From Christensenellaceae bacterium 44-20 (GTDB taxonomy: Bacteria; Bacillota; Clostridia; Christensenellales; Christensenellaceae), in NCBI GenBank assembly GCA_041223705.1, contig JBCLQU010000001.1:1094054-1158053 (forward strand): a DNA stretch of 64,000 bases. The letters are read 5' to 3'. Positions 10,163 through 20,022 of the stretch are shown piece by piece. The notes beneath the pieces are model-generated. The model did no database searches, was not told the origin of the DNA, and was given only the letters and a program-made list of their open reading frames with translations. Within the stretch, counting starts at the first letter, position 1. The number at the start of each line of letters is the position of its first letter. The position numbers and the translations under genes are program-made.

Positions 10163-10191
10163 CTTGCCATTGCCCTTTAAAATCATTATAC
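10163..10191 (+). promoter_or_regulatory. sigma-A promoter for degV-family gene (-35 TTGCCA, 17 nt, -10 TATACT)
   Basis: Near-consensus hexamers at 10163-10168 and 10186-10191 in an AT-rich intergenic region. Confidence 0.55.
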
Positions 10192-10235
10192 TATAAATGG
10201 AAAGAAATTTCACATTTTGCCCAGGAGGCCCTTTT

Positions 10236-11108
10236 ATGAGCGAATACCTGCTCTCCACCAGCTCGACCACGGATCTGCCAAAGTGGTATATCGAGCAAAA
10301 CAACCTGCTGTTTTTCTCCTTCTCCTTCGATATGGAGGGCAAGGAATATCGGGATAATTTTGGCGAAGATATGCCTGTGAAGGATTTTTACGCCAATCTG
10401 CGCTCAGGCATCGATTCCACAACCTCCATGATCAACCGCGCCGCATTCGAGGCGGGCTTCATCCCCTATCTGGAAAAGGGCGTGGATATTTTGCACATCG
10501 AATTCTCTTCTGCGCTTTCGGGCAGCTATCAGAATGCCCGGGCAGCAGCCGAGGAATTGAATGGGAAATACCCCGGCAAGCTGACCGTCATCGATTCGCT
10601 CTGCGCTTCTCTGGGGCAGGGATTATTGGTGGATTACGCCGTCCAGATGAAAAAAGCCGGCAAGAGCCTGCAGGAGGTTGCCGAGTGGGTAGAGGCCAAT
10701 AAGAAGAACATCATCCACTGGTTTACCGTGGACGACCTCAATCATCTGCGCCGGGGCGGGCGCATCTCCAAAGCTTCCGCATTCTTTGGCACCATGCTGC
10801 AAATCAAGCCTGTTTTGGATGTGGACGACGCCGGGCGGCTGATTCCGCATTTCAAAGTGAAGGGCAGAAAGAAATCCATCCTCGAGATGTTTAACCGCAT
10901 GAAGGAGGATATCAAGGATCCCGACGGGCAGACGGTGTTCATCAGCCACGGCGACTGCCTGGAGGATGCCGAAGCCCTGAAGGCGATGATCACGGAGCAT
11001 TTCAAGATCGACAATGTGCTCATCAACTATGTCGGCCCGGTCATCGGCGCGCATTCCGGCCCGGGGACGCTGGCGCTCTTCTATATGGGCAAGCAGCGCT
11101 ATAACTAA
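10236..11108 (+). CDS. DegV family fatty-acid-binding protein
   Basis: 290 aa. The ATG at 10236 (MSEYLLSTSSTTDLP) is preceded by AGGAGG. Typical DegV length and profile (SGSYQNA, HSGPGT). Confidence 0.85.
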   Translation: MSEYLLSTSSTTDLPKWYIEQNNLLFFSFSFDMEGKEYRDNFGEDMPVKDFYANLRSGIDSTTSMINRAAFEAGFIPYLEKGVDILHIEFSSALSGSYQNARAAAEELNGKYPGKLTVIDSLCASLGQGLLVDYAVQMKKAGKSLQEVAEWVEANKKNIIHWFTVDDLNHLRRGGRISKASAFFGTMLQIKPVLDVDDAGRLIPHFKVKGRKKSILEMFNRMKEDIKDPDGQTVFISHGDCLEDAEALKAMITEHFKIDNVLINYVGPVIGAHSGPGTLALFYMGKQRYN

Positions 11109-11165
11109 ACTTTGCAAATGAGAAAGAGCGGCAGATTCTGCCGCTCTTTTTGCGCCAATTTTCTG

Positions 11166-11645
11166 CTATTCCAGCTCAAACAGCGCCTTCTCATAATCCT
11201 TGACATAGTATTTGACGTTCTTTCTGCCCTTTTGCAGAACTTCATGCCCTTCGGCCTCCAGCTTCTCCTTCTGGGCCAGCTGGCCGCCGGGGTATTTGGG
11301 ATTGAGCTCTCCGTTTGCCCGAAGCGTCCGCCAGTAGGGCGTCTCGTCCTGCCCGCGCTGATGGCTGGCCCAGGCCGCAATCGAGACAAAAATGCCTGCC
11401 GTGATGGGGTCGGTAAGATCTGCCCCGGCCTGCTCTGCCAGATGCTCCCGCATGGCGCCCACGGTGATCAGCGCCCCGCGCGGAACCTGCCTCATCAGCG
11501 CATCATAGGCCATAGGCGGCGCAAAGTACATCTTCTCCCCGCCGTATTTTTGAATGGATGCCTGGTCTTTCAGGATCTGAATTTTTGGCATATCCTTATT
11601 TTGGCGCAGCATCGCGTTAAAATCCTTTTTCTCCTCATTTGCCAT
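11166..11645 (-). CDS. MGMT-family (alkyltransferase-like / Atl-type DNA-binding) protein
   Basis: VPRGALITVGAMREHLAEQAGA...TPYWRTLRANGEL resembles the Ogt/Atl C-terminal DNA-binding fold (PxHRV-like). The ATG at 11645 has RBS GGAGGTG. Confidence 0.55.
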   Translation of the reverse strand: MANEEKKDFNAMLRQNKDMPKIQILKDQASIQKYGGEKMYFAPPMAYDALMRQVPRGALITVGAMREHLAEQAGADLTDPITAGIFVSIAAWASHQRGQDETPYWRTLRANGELNPKYPGGQLAQKEKLEAEGHEVLQKGRKNVKYYVKDYEKALFELE

Positions 11646-11851
11646 TTTGCCACCTCCTGCCCTTATCATAGAGAATGCCGCCCGCTCTTGCAATGAGGCT
11701 GTTTTTTATTTTTGCAAAATTTTCTCTGTTTCCACGGAATAAACACTTGCCATCCTCCGCCAAAATGCCCAGATTTTATTCTTAATATGGCGATATCCGT
11801 AGTGCTATACTGGATGGCATCCATCTCCGCGGCAAAGCGCCGGCTACCGCT

Positions 11852-12991
11852 CTATTTTGAAATCTCCGTTACCAGCGGGGCCGGGCGGATGACCGTGCAG
11901 TGCTTCTCGCTCACCTCTTCGCCGCGGTAGAACCAGGCCAGCGCCTGGGGGATCATATATTTCAGGAAAGTCAGGCTATGCCCCATCTCGTTGATGATCA
12001 GCCGAAAATCATAGCCGCGGTAATTGAGCGCGCTGGCCACGTCGCGGTTTGCCAGAATCCAGTCTCCGAAGATGATATCGGCGTCGTATTTGCCGACGCA
12101 CATGCAGGTGCGCAGGTTTTTCCGCTCATCCGCGGTGCGGATCACCGAGGGCCAGATATTGCCGCCCCGGATATTGCCAAAGCTGGGGCTGGCCGCGATC
12201 ACGTTGCCAAACAGATGGTTGGCATACCAGGCAGTTGCAAACGACGCGATGCCGCTGGAGCTGATGCCTGCGACGCTGTGCCTCATGGGGTCTGCCGCAA
12301 TGGCATAGCCCTCCAGCGCCATAGGCAGGAATTCCTCTGCCACAAAGCGGGCAAACCAGTCGCTCACCGTATCGTATTCCACACTGCGGTTGGTGACGCC
12401 TTTGCTCGTCCCATAGACGGGCTCCCCAGGCCCCGGATACCCCGGCGCCAAAAACACGGCGACGGCCGGCGGGATCTTGCCGTCTGCGATCAGGTTATCC
12501 AGCAAATCCGTAACATGATCTGTTCCTTCCGGCAGAACGATCTCTCCCTCTGCCGGGATGGCCTCCAGCAGATCGCTCATGGTGCCGCGCAGTTCGCGCT
12601 CCTTTAAAACCGGCATAAAATACATCTGCCCATCCAGGAACAAGATGAGATCTGCCGGCGTTTTTCCATCGTACTGCGCCGGCGTATAAATCCAGTATTT
12701 ATGCTTGACGCCCGGGTAAAAGGCAGAATCCTCCATCACGCGGCCCACGATCTTCCCGCGGGGCGTCCCCTCCCTGCGCCGGTATTCTGCCGGAAGCGGG
12801 TACAGCTCTTTGTTCCATTCCGCGCGCCCCATCGCCTGTTCATCCCGCTCCAGCCGCCCTATCATCGGATAGTCGGCCATGCAGTGAAACGCGCGGTAGC
12901 TGCTCTCGGGCATCGTAACCGTGATATATTTCTCCTCCGGCCTGCGCTCCAGGCGCTTTAACTGAAGCAAATCCGCTCTGTTTTCTCCCAT
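11852..12991 (-). CDS. alpha/beta-hydrolase esterase (enterochelin-esterase-like / CE1-type)
   Basis: GISSSG nucleophile elbow. The start is reassigned to the ATG at 12991 (MGENRADLL), which has a GA-rich RBS. Confidence 0.7.
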   Translation of the reverse strand: MGENRADLLQLKRLERRPEEKYITVTMPESSYRAFHCMADYPMIGRLERDEQAMGRAEWNKELYPLPAEYRRREGTPRGKIVGRVMEDSAFYPGVKHKYWIYTPAQYDGKTPADLILFLDGQMYFMPVLKERELRGTMSDLLEAIPAEGEIVLPEGTDHVTDLLDNLIADGKIPPAVAVFLAPGYPGPGEPVYGTSKGVTNRSVEYDTVSDWFARFVAEEFLPMALEGYAIAADPMRHSVAGISSSGIASFATAWYANHLFGNVIAASPSFGNIRGGNIWPSVIRTADERKNLRTCMCVGKYDADIIFGDWILANRDVASALNYRGYDFRLIINEMGHSLTFLKYMIPQALAWFYRGEEVSEKHCTVIRPAPLVTEISK

Positions 12992-13113
12992 TGTCCCTCT
13001 CCCTCTCTTTGGTGTTTTTTCTATTTTACTATACCCTTCCCGCGCTTCGCAAGCCCAGCCCAAGCTTCGCCGCATCTGCATGAAAAAAGAGCCGCCTGGG
13101 CAGCTCTTTTTTT

Positions 13114-14415
13114 CTAGATGAACTCTTCCAAATCCATCGCGCCGTCATCCTCATCCTCCACCGGGACGCGCTGGATATCCGCGCCCAGGGCGATGAGCTT
13201 ATTTTCAATATGGTCGTAGCCGCGGTCGATATACTGGATATTATAGATATCCGTGATACCGTCGGCCATGAGCCCGGCGACGATGAGCGCCGCGCCTGCC
13301 CGCAGATCGCTGGCGCGCACCGGAGCGCCCGTCAGCCGCTCCACGCCTTCCACCACCGCCACCCGGTCGTCTATCGTAACTTTGGCGCCCATGCGGCGGA
13401 TCTCGTTGATATGCTTAAACCGGGATTCAAAAATATTTTCCACAATCACGCTGGTTCCCTCTGCCGTGGAGAGCAGAACCGTCGCCGGCTGCTGCAAATC
13501 CGTCGGGAAGCCAGGGTAAGGATAGGTTTTGATATTGACTCTCTTGGGCCGTTTGGTGCAGCAGACGCGGATACTGTCTCCGCCTTCCTCCACCTGCACG
13601 CCCATCTCTTCCAGCTTGGCCGTCAGCGCTTCCATATGCACGGGCACGACGTTCTTCACCGTAACGTCGCCCTTGGTGGCCGCCGCCGCGATCATCAGCG
13701 TCCCCGCCTCGATCTGATCGGGAATGACGCTGTATGTACAGCCGTGCAGTTTCTCCACACCGCGGATTTTGATGGTATCCGTGCCCGCGCCCTTGATGCG
13801 CGCGCCCATGCAGTTCAAAAAGTTGGCGACGTCGACAACATGCGGCTCCTTTGCCGCATTCATAATCGTCGTATTGCCCTTTGCCTTGACGGCCGCCAGC
13901 ATGATGTTGATGGTCGCCCCGACGGAGACCTGATCGAGATAAATATCGCTGCCGATGAGCTCCTCGGCATCCGCCACCAGGCAGCCGTATTCCTCGCGCA
14001 TATTCGCGCCCAGCGCGGCGATCCCTTTTTTATGCAGATCGATGGGCCGCTGGCCGATGGCGCAGCCGCCGGGCAAATAGACCTTCGCGCTCAAAAAACG
14101 CCCCAAAAGCGCCCCAACCAGGTAGTAGGAGGCGCGCATCCGGCGCACCAGGTTGATGCGCACGTCGCTGGTCTTGATGCCGCTGGTGTCGATTAAAACA
14201 GAGCCATCTTCCCGGGCATCAATGCTTGCGCCCAGGCGCTTCATGATATTGAGCAGTATGGTTACATCGTCGATTCTCGGCAGATTTTCAATGATGCACG
14301 GACCTTCCGCCAGAATCGTCGCCGGAAGGATGGCCACGGCCGCATTCTTTGCGCCGCCGACGCACACGCTTCCCTCTAGGGGCTTCCCGCCCCGGATGAC
14401 GAATTTCTCGTTCAT
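13114..14415 (-). CDS. murA: UDP-N-acetylglucosamine 1-carboxyvinyltransferase
   Basis: Full MurA profile (KNAAVAILPA, GCAIGQRPIDLH). The ATG at 14415 (MNEKFVIRGG) has RBS GAGGAAAG. The ORF track's upstream extension has no homology. The acidic C-tail VPVEDEDDGAMDLEEFI is atypical. Confidence 0.9.
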   Translation of the reverse strand: MNEKFVIRGGKPLEGSVCVGGAKNAAVAILPATILAEGPCIIENLPRIDDVTILLNIMKRLGASIDAREDGSVLIDTSGIKTSDVRINLVRRMRASYYLVGALLGRFLSAKVYLPGGCAIGQRPIDLHKKGIAALGANMREEYGCLVADAEELIGSDIYLDQVSVGATINIMLAAVKAKGNTTIMNAAKEPHVVDVANFLNCMGARIKGAGTDTIKIRGVEKLHGCTYSVIPDQIEAGTLMIAAAATKGDVTVKNVVPVHMEALTAKLEEMGVQVEEGGDSIRVCCTKRPKRVNIKTYPYPGFPTDLQQPATVLLSTAEGTSVIVENIFESRFKHINEIRRMGAKVTIDDRVAVVEGVERLTGAPVRASDLRAGAALIVAGLMADGITDIYNIQYIDRGYDHIENKLIALGADIQRVPVEDEDDGAMDLEEFI

Positions 14416-14645
14416 TCTTTCCTCACTTCTACTAGCGCCCGAGCAGGCAAAACGCATCAGGCTCATCATACAATCAAGAACATTATAATATTCTTTTATG
14501 ATAAAAGCAACTGCCCCGGCTCTGCCCTTGGCTGCGCGCCTTTTTCCTTCCCCTCTGCCCCTGCTGCCGAAATTTTTGCCGGCAGTTTCCTTTTTCCAAA
14601 AAAGAGTGTATAATTCCAGTATCATAGTATATGCAGGAGGGTGCT

Positions 14646-14840
14646 TTGTTGAATACTTCTGTGCAGATAGGCGATATTGTCCAAATGAAAAAAAGACACC
14701 CCTGCGGCAGCGATCTGTGGATCGTTACCCGGGTGGGCGCGGATTATAAGATCAAATGCAAGGGCTGCGGGAGAGTCGTCATGCTCCCATTTGAAGAGTT
14801 TGCCAGAAAGGTGAAGCGTGTATATCAGGATGGAGAATAG
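14646..14840 (+). CDS. DUF951 family protein
   Basis: IGDIVQMKKRHPCGS...KCKGCGRVVMLP is the DUF951 signature. TTG start after AGGAGGG. Confidence 0.7.
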   Translation: MLNTSVQIGDIVQMKKRHPCGSDLWIVTRVGADYKIKCKGCGRVVMLPFEEFARKVKRVYQDGE

Positions 14841-15384
14841 CGAAAGAAGGCGCCAAAGGAAAAATCTGAGAGCAGTAAAAGAGCTTTTAAGCTGGGTTTT
14901 CTGCATTTGCGGCGCTGTGCTGATGGCGCTGCTGCTGCGGCTGTTCGTATTCGAGATGGTGCGGGTGGACGGCCCTTCCATGCAGCCCACGCTCTATAAG
15001 GATCAGACGGTGTTCGTGGAAAAAATCTCCTCTGCCGGAGGGAAAATCGAGCGGTTTGATGTCGTCATCGTCCGGTATCCCAACCGCGAGGGGGCGTTTG
15101 TCAAGCGCGTGGTCGGCCTGCCCGGCGATACCGTCGAGATCAAAAACGACGGCCATCTCTATGTCAACGGAGAGCGGCAGGAGGAGCCCTATCTGCTCGA
15201 ACAGCTCATCATTCCCGGCTTTGATGCCTATACCGTCCCGGAGGGCTGCTACTTCGTCATGGGGGATAACCGCAACAACTCCCTGGACAGCCGCTCGGCA
15301 GATGTCGGGGCGATTGCGAAAGAGGATGTCATCGGCCATGCGCTGTTCGTCGTCTGGCCGCTGAGCCAAATGAAGAAAATTTAG
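14818..15384 (+). CDS. lepB: signal peptidase I
   Basis: GPSMQPTL (Ser box), KRVVGLPGD and GDNRNNSLDSR boxes. The start is GTG 14818 or ATG 14830. Confidence 0.9.
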   Translation: MYIRMENSERRRQRKNLRAVKELLSWVFCICGAVLMALLLRLFVFEMVRVDGPSMQPTLYKDQTVFVEKISSAGGKIERFDVVIVRYPNREGAFVKRVVGLPGDTVEIKNDGHLYVNGERQEEPYLLEQLIIPGFDAYTVPEGCYFVMGDNRNNSLDSRSADVGAIAKEDVIGHALFVVWPLSQMKKI

Positions 15385-15440
15385 GCGCATCAAAAAAGCA
15401 CTCCAGAGCCTGGGGTGCTTTTTTATTTCCAAAAACTGCA

Positions 15441-16625
15441 CTACGCGCCCTGGTGCATCAGTTCCATCGTCCTGCGCGCAATACCCAGCTCCTCGTTAGC
15501 TGGGATGACATAACAGCGCACTGCGCTTCCTGGCTCCGTGATGAGAGAAATCTCGCCCTTTTTCGCCTCGCCTTTCAGCGCTACGCCAAGAAAGGCCAGC
15601 CGCTCCAGCACTTTCCCGCGCACCAGAGCGCTGTTTTCCCCGATGCCGCCCGTGAAGGCGACGGCATCCAGCCCGCCCATGATCGCCGCATAGCCCCCGA
15701 TATAGCGCGCAATTTCCCGGCAATAGATCTCGATGGCCAGCCTCGCCCGCTCGCTGTGCGGCGCTGCCTGCTCAATATCGCGCAGATCCCCGCTCACGCC
15801 CGAAATGCCCAGCAGGCCTCCCCGGCTCTCCATCTGGCGCTTGACTTCCTCCAGGCTCAGCCCTTCGGCCTGCACCATGTGGAAGATGAGGAAGGGATCG
15901 ATATCCCCGCTGCGGTTGGTCTGGGGAATACCCGTTTGCAGGGACATTCCAAAGCTGGTATCCACGCACTTGCCGTCTACAATTGCCGCCAGCGAGCCGC
16001 TTCCGCCCAGATGGCAGGAAACTGCCCGGTAGTGCGCGCCTTCCAGCTCGTTCAGGCAGGAGGCGATATAGCCATGGCTGGCGCCGTGATAGCCCAGGCG
16101 GCGCACGCCGTATTTTTCATACCACTCATAGGGCAGGGAATAGAGATAGGCTTCGGGCTTCATGGTCTGGTGAAAGGCCGTCTCGAATACGCCCACCCGG
16201 GGAATGCCGGGAAGTTCCTCTTCCACCGCGGCAATGGCCTGCAAATAGCAGCTGTTGTGCACGGGGGCGACCGTCATATAGTCCCGCATCCCCTGCAAAA
16301 CTTCCTCCGTCAGCAAGTGCACGCCATAGTGCCCTTTGGAGAGCACGGTTTTAAAGCCAACCGCATCTATCTGCCGCCAATCTCCGATGGCGCCCAGCGC
16401 TTTGTCCGTCAGCAGGCGCAGAAAGCCGCGAATCCCCTCCCGGTAATCCCGGGTCTGCTGGGTGCGCTCCTCTGTTTTCCCTTCCGGCCCCTGATAGAAA
16501 AACCGGCCGCCTTTTGGATCTGCGATCCGCTCGATGCGGCATTCGGCCAGCACCTGCTCCTCCGGCATCTGATACAGCTTAAACTTCAGCGAGGTGCTCC
16601 CCGCATTGCAAACGAGTATTTTCAT
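15441..16625 (-). CDS. ackA: acetate kinase
   Basis: MKILVCNAGSTSLKF N-terminus and full-length ASKHA-fold acetate/propionate kinase. RBS GAGGAGAG. Confidence 0.9.
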   Translation of the reverse strand: MKILVCNAGSTSLKFKLYQMPEEQVLAECRIERIADPKGGRFFYQGPEGKTEERTQQTRDYREGIRGFLRLLTDKALGAIGDWRQIDAVGFKTVLSKGHYGVHLLTEEVLQGMRDYMTVAPVHNSCYLQAIAAVEEELPGIPRVGVFETAFHQTMKPEAYLYSLPYEWYEKYGVRRLGYHGASHGYIASCLNELEGAHYRAVSCHLGGSGSLAAIVDGKCVDTSFGMSLQTGIPQTNRSGDIDPFLIFHMVQAEGLSLEEVKRQMESRGGLLGISGVSGDLRDIEQAAPHSERARLAIEIYCREIARYIGGYAAIMGGLDAVAFTGGIGENSALVRGKVLERLAFLGVALKGEAKKGEISLITEPGSAVRCYVIPANEELGIARRTMELMHQGA

Positions 16626-16687
16626 CTTGGCTCTCCTCTCACAACTCTATTTTATCCGAAAAAGCGCCCTGCCGCCAATCCCTGTTC

Positions 16688-16725
16688 CAAGCAAAAAGCA
16701 GGCAGCGCTGTTGCGCCGCCTGCCT
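16688..16725 (-). terminator. rho-independent terminator after the aldo/keto reductase gene
   Basis: GCAGGCGGCGC-AACA-GCGCTGCCTGC followed by TTTTTGC on the minus strand. Confidence 0.6.
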
Positions 16726-16739
16726 TATTCTTGCGTCGA

Positions 16740-17579
16740 TTATTCCAGGTTCAGCTCATCCGGGCGCGGGCAGGTGATCTTGCGATCCTCTTCCATATCG
16801 TCGATGATCTTCATATCAGCATCGCTGATCTCGAAATCGAAGATCTCGCTGTTCTGGATGATGCGGTTCTGGTGAACGGATTTGGGAATGACGACGACGC
16901 CATTCTGCATCTCCCAGCGCAGAACCAGCTGAGCGACGGATTTGCCGTATTTCTCTGCCAGGCTTTTGAGGATATCGCTCTCGAAGATAGCGCCCTGCGC
17001 CAGCGGAGAATATGCCTCATACTGGATGCCCTTCTCTTTGCAGTATGCCTGAAGGCTCTTCTGCTGATAGAAGGGGTGATATTCAACCTGCAAAACATGC
17101 GGAACGATATCGCTGTTTGCGATGACGTTGTCGATATACTCTGCATAGAAGTTGGAAACGCCGATCGCGCGGACTTTGCCGTCTTTATACAGCTTCTCCA
17201 GCGCATGCCAGACTTCCACATACTTCTCCTGCTTGGGCATGGGCCAGTGAATCAGGAACAAGTCGAGATAATCCGTCTGCAAATCTTTGAGCGTCTGCTC
17301 GCAGGAAGCGATTGCGTTCTCATAGGAATGCTTGGGCCCGAAGAATTTGGACGTTACGAACAGATCCTGACGGCTGACGCCGCAATCCTTGATGCCCTTG
17401 CCCGTCTGGACTTCGTTCTCGTAGCAGGCTGCCGTATCGATATGGCGATAGCCCGCCTCGACCGCCCACTTGACCGCATACTCCGCATCGTTGTTCTCTG
17501 CCTGCCAAACGCCAAGGCCCAGCCAGGGCATGAGAACACCGTTGGAAAGCTTCGTTACATCGTTGATGGATTTCAACAT
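16740..17579 (-). CDS. aldo/keto reductase (2,5-diketo-D-gluconate reductase-like)
   Basis: 279-aa AKR with IDTAACYENE, LIHWP and IPKS motifs. RBS GGAGGAAA. Confidence 0.85.
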   Translation of the reverse strand: MLKSINDVTKLSNGVLMPWLGLGVWQAENNDAEYAVKWAVEAGYRHIDTAACYENEVQTGKGIKDCGVSRQDLFVTSKFFGPKHSYENAIASCEQTLKDLQTDYLDLFLIHWPMPKQEKYVEVWHALEKLYKDGKVRAIGVSNFYAEYIDNVIANSDIVPHVLQVEYHPFYQQKSLQAYCKEKGIQYEAYSPLAQGAIFESDILKSLAEKYGKSVAQLVLRWEMQNGVVVIPKSVHQNRIIQNSEIFDFEISDADMKIIDDMEEDRKITCPRPDELNLE

Positions 17580-17727
17580 TTGAATTTCCTCCGTTTTCTA
17601 ATTTCTTTTCTCAAAATAAAACTTGATAGCCTTATTCTATCACAACATCTTTTGAAGTACAACTATCAAACTTGAGCGCCCGGCAAAAATCCGCTATAAT
17701 AGAGAAAAAATGTGGAGGTGCATTTTG

Positions 17728-18099
17728 ATGAAAACCATCGCGACAGACAAGGCGCCTGCGGCCATCGGCCCTTATTCCCAGGCCAAAATCGCCGGCAATC
17801 TGATTTTTACTTCCGGGCAGATCCCGCTGGATGCGGCGACGGGGGAAATCTCGGGGCAGGATGTGGCCGCTCAGGCGCATTGCTCCATCCAAAATCTCGG
17901 CGCCATTCTGGAAGCCGCCGGCAGCAGCTTCGAGAAGGTCGTCAAGACGACCTGCTTTTTGGCGGATATGGCGGATTTCGCCGCGTTCAACGCCGTCTAT
18001 GAGCAATATTTCACGGGCAAACCCGCCCGCTCCTGCGTGGCCGTCAAGGCACTGCCAAAAGGCGTGCTCTGCGAAGTGGAGGCCATCGCAGAAATCTAA
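17728..18099 (+). CDS. ridA: RidA family reactive-intermediate deaminase
   Basis: YjgF/RidA profile (APAAIGPYSQA, FTSGQIP). The ATG at 17728 has a GGAGGTG RBS. A -35 TTGAGC / -10 TATAAT promoter lies at about 17670-17700. Confidence 0.85.
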   Translation: MKTIATDKAPAAIGPYSQAKIAGNLIFTSGQIPLDAATGEISGQDVAAQAHCSIQNLGAILEAAGSSFEKVVKTTCFLADMADFAAFNAVYEQYFTGKPARSCVAVKALPKGVLCEVEAIAEI

Positions 18100-18120
18100 A
18101 TTTTTCAAAAATTCCCGTAA

Positions 18121-18152
18121 AAAAAGCTGGCGCAAAGCGCCAGCTTTTTTGT
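18121..18152. terminator. bidirectional rho-independent terminator shared by convergent ridA and lplA
   Basis: AGCTGGCGC-AAA-GCGCCAGCT flanked by an A-run and a T-run. Confidence 0.75.
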
Positions 18153-18157
18153 TTTCC

Positions 18158-19126
18158 CTAATATTCCAGGCTGCCCAGCCATCCGGCAATCTCGGCCAGC
18201 TCCTTTTTCTCCGGCAAAACTGCCGCCGCCAGATCGCCCGCCGTAAACCGCGCTCCCTGCAGCATCTGCGCCAGCTGTTCCGCCAGTTCGGTATCTAGCG
18301 CATCGCTGTAAACCTGCACCTGGCTGACGTGCGCCTGCTGGAAAGAGAGCAGAACCTGAATTTCGCCCCAATCGAAGCGGTTTTTCAGCTCCAAATCGAA
18401 GCGCGGCGCCTGGCCCAGCCGCCACTGCCAGGAGGACTGCTTCTCATAGAGCGATTCTATCTCCTGCCGGGCAGCCGCATCCAGCTCCCAGTTTTCAAAC
18501 GCGCCGTATTCCTGGGCGAACCCTTTTTTCAGCGCCTCTATCATGCCCTCGCTTGTGATCTGAGCGTTGAACTCGCAGAGGTTGCAGACTCTGGAGCGCA
18601 CGGAGGAGACGCCCTTGCTCCGAAGTTTTTCATCCGAGACGTTCAGATACCCCGGCAGCTTGGAGAGATCTGCCGAGAGCAGCAGCGTCCCGTGATGCTG
18701 ACGGCCTTCGCCCCGCACGCAGAACGCGTTGCCCGAAAACTTCCTACCCTCGGCCAAAAGGTCGTTTCTGCCGCTGAACTCAGCAGAAATGCCCAGCTCC
18801 CGCACAGCCCGCAGGATGACGTTCATCTGCCGGGGGACGTCGTAAATATCCCGATGCGCGATGAACGAGAAGTTCACATTGCCCAGATCGTGATACACCG
18901 CGCCGCCGCCGCTGATCCGGCGCACCAGCTTGACGCCGTCTGCCTCCATGGCCTTTAAATTGCATTCGCGCCAGGCGTTCTGGTTCTTGCCGATGATCAC
19001 AGCCGGCGCATTGATATAGATATGAAGCAAAATCTCGTCTTTGCCGATGTGGTTCAAAAAGTATTCATCTGCCGCAAGGTTGCGCCAGCCGTCGTTGCTT
19101 TCGCAGAGAAAAAAGTATGCCTTCAT
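18158..19126 (-). CDS. lplA: lipoate--protein ligase
   Basis: RRISGGGAVYHDLGN motif and LplA-length protein. The ATG at 19126 (MKAYFF) has a GGAGG RBS. Confidence 0.8.
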   Translation of the reverse strand: MKAYFFLCESNDGWRNLAADEYFLNHIGKDEILLHIYINAPAVIIGKNQNAWRECNLKAMEADGVKLVRRISGGGAVYHDLGNVNFSFIAHRDIYDVPRQMNVILRAVRELGISAEFSGRNDLLAEGRKFSGNAFCVRGEGRQHHGTLLLSADLSKLPGYLNVSDEKLRSKGVSSVRSRVCNLCEFNAQITSEGMIEALKKGFAQEYGAFENWELDAAARQEIESLYEKQSSWQWRLGQAPRFDLELKNRFDWGEIQVLLSFQQAHVSQVQVYSDALDTELAEQLAQMLQGARFTAGDLAAAVLPEKKELAEIAGWLGSLEY

Positions 19127-19171
19127 AGCTGCCTCCATTCCCTGCTATTTTACCCAATCCCTGGGCAAAGT

Positions 19172-19780
19172 TCAATTCTTTTTTCCCTTGAGCAGCGGGG
19201 AGATGTGCTTATAGATGAGAAACGCGATGGCCACCGAGCACATTCCCTTAAAGAAAGTGAAGGGCAGGTTGAACCAGAGCAGAGCGTCCCAGAGCGTCTG
19301 CACGCCAGGCGCAATGGCCTGATACATCCCGATGATCACTTCCATGGGCATGAACGCCGTATAGATGGGATACATGACATAGTAGTTGGAGAAAATGCTC
19401 ACCACCGCCATCACCACTGCACCCAGCACTGCGCCCCAGAAGGCCGCTTTGCGCGTCTTGCGCTTCTGATAGATGAGCCCCGCCGGCAGCACGAAGCACG
19501 CGCCCAGCACGAAGTTGGAAAGCTCGCCCACGCCGCCCGTGGAGGTCGAGAGCAGGTTGACCAGGTTTTTGACCAGGCAGACTACCACGCCCGAGACCGG
19601 CCCCAGCGCATACGCCGCCAATAAAGCGGGCAGCTCGGAAAAATCCAGCTTGATAAAGCCCGGCATCACCGGGATGCTGAAATCCAAAAACATGAGCACA
19701 GACGCCAGAGCCGCCAAAATGCCCGTTACCGCAATACTGCGCACAGGAATGCGCTTTTTTGTTCCTTCCGCCAAAACCAT
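19172..19780 (-). CDS. ribU: ECF transporter S component for riboflavin
   Basis: The 202-aa membrane protein aligns with RibU/YpaA (IKLDFSELPALLAAYALGP). The ATG at 19780 follows RBS AGGAAGGAAAC. The upstream 23 codons in the ORF track run through the riboswitch terminator and are not coding. An FMN riboswitch lies directly upstream. Confidence 0.85.
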   Translation of the reverse strand: MVLAEGTKKRIPVRSIAVTGILAALASVLMFLDFSIPVMPGFIKLDFSELPALLAAYALGPVSGVVVCLVKNLVNLLSTSTGGVGELSNFVLGACFVLPAGLIYQKRKTRKAAFWGAVLGAVVMAVVSIFSNYYVMYPIYTAFMPMEVIIGMYQAIAPGVQTLWDALLWFNLPFTFFKGMCSVAIAFLIYKHISPLLKGKKN

Positions 19781-19808
19781 ATGTTTCCTTCCTTTCAAGA
19801 TATGCGGT

Positions 19809-19980
19809 AAATTAAAATGCCCTGCCTGGGGCCAAAAATGGCTCGCCAAAACAGGGCGTTTTCACATATCTTCTTCCATCCGGACTATACCGTCGGCTAC
19901 GGAATCGCACCGTATCAACCCCCTGTGGGGCTCGCAGGCTCTACTGCCGGTGGGGAATCGCACCCCGCCCTGAAGATCTT
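19809..19980 (-). ncRNA. FMN riboswitch (RFN element) with terminator-type expression platform
   Basis: The minus-strand sequence AUCUUCAGGGCGGGGUGCGAUUCCCCACCGGCAGUAGAGCCUGCGAGC...GGUGCGAUUCCGUAGCCGACGGUAUAGUCCGGAUGGAAGAAG matches the RFN consensus almost position-for-position. It is followed by the hairpin GCCCUG...CAGGGC plus AUUUUAAUUU (19809-19857). Confidence 0.9.
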
Positions 19981-20022
19981 CTATTTACTTCCCGCTCATT
20001 ATAGCGCCGCTAAAAAGCGCTG

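Noticed and set aside
15453-17675. 740-aa plus-strand ORF
   Set aside because: Runs antisense across ackA and the aldo/keto reductase gene. Low-complexity sequence. An artefact of high GC.
19781-19849. N-terminal 23 codons of the ORF track version of ribU (MASHFWPQAGHFNLPHILKGRKH)
   Set aside because: The sequence is the riboswitch terminator hairpin. The RBS-supported start is at 19780.
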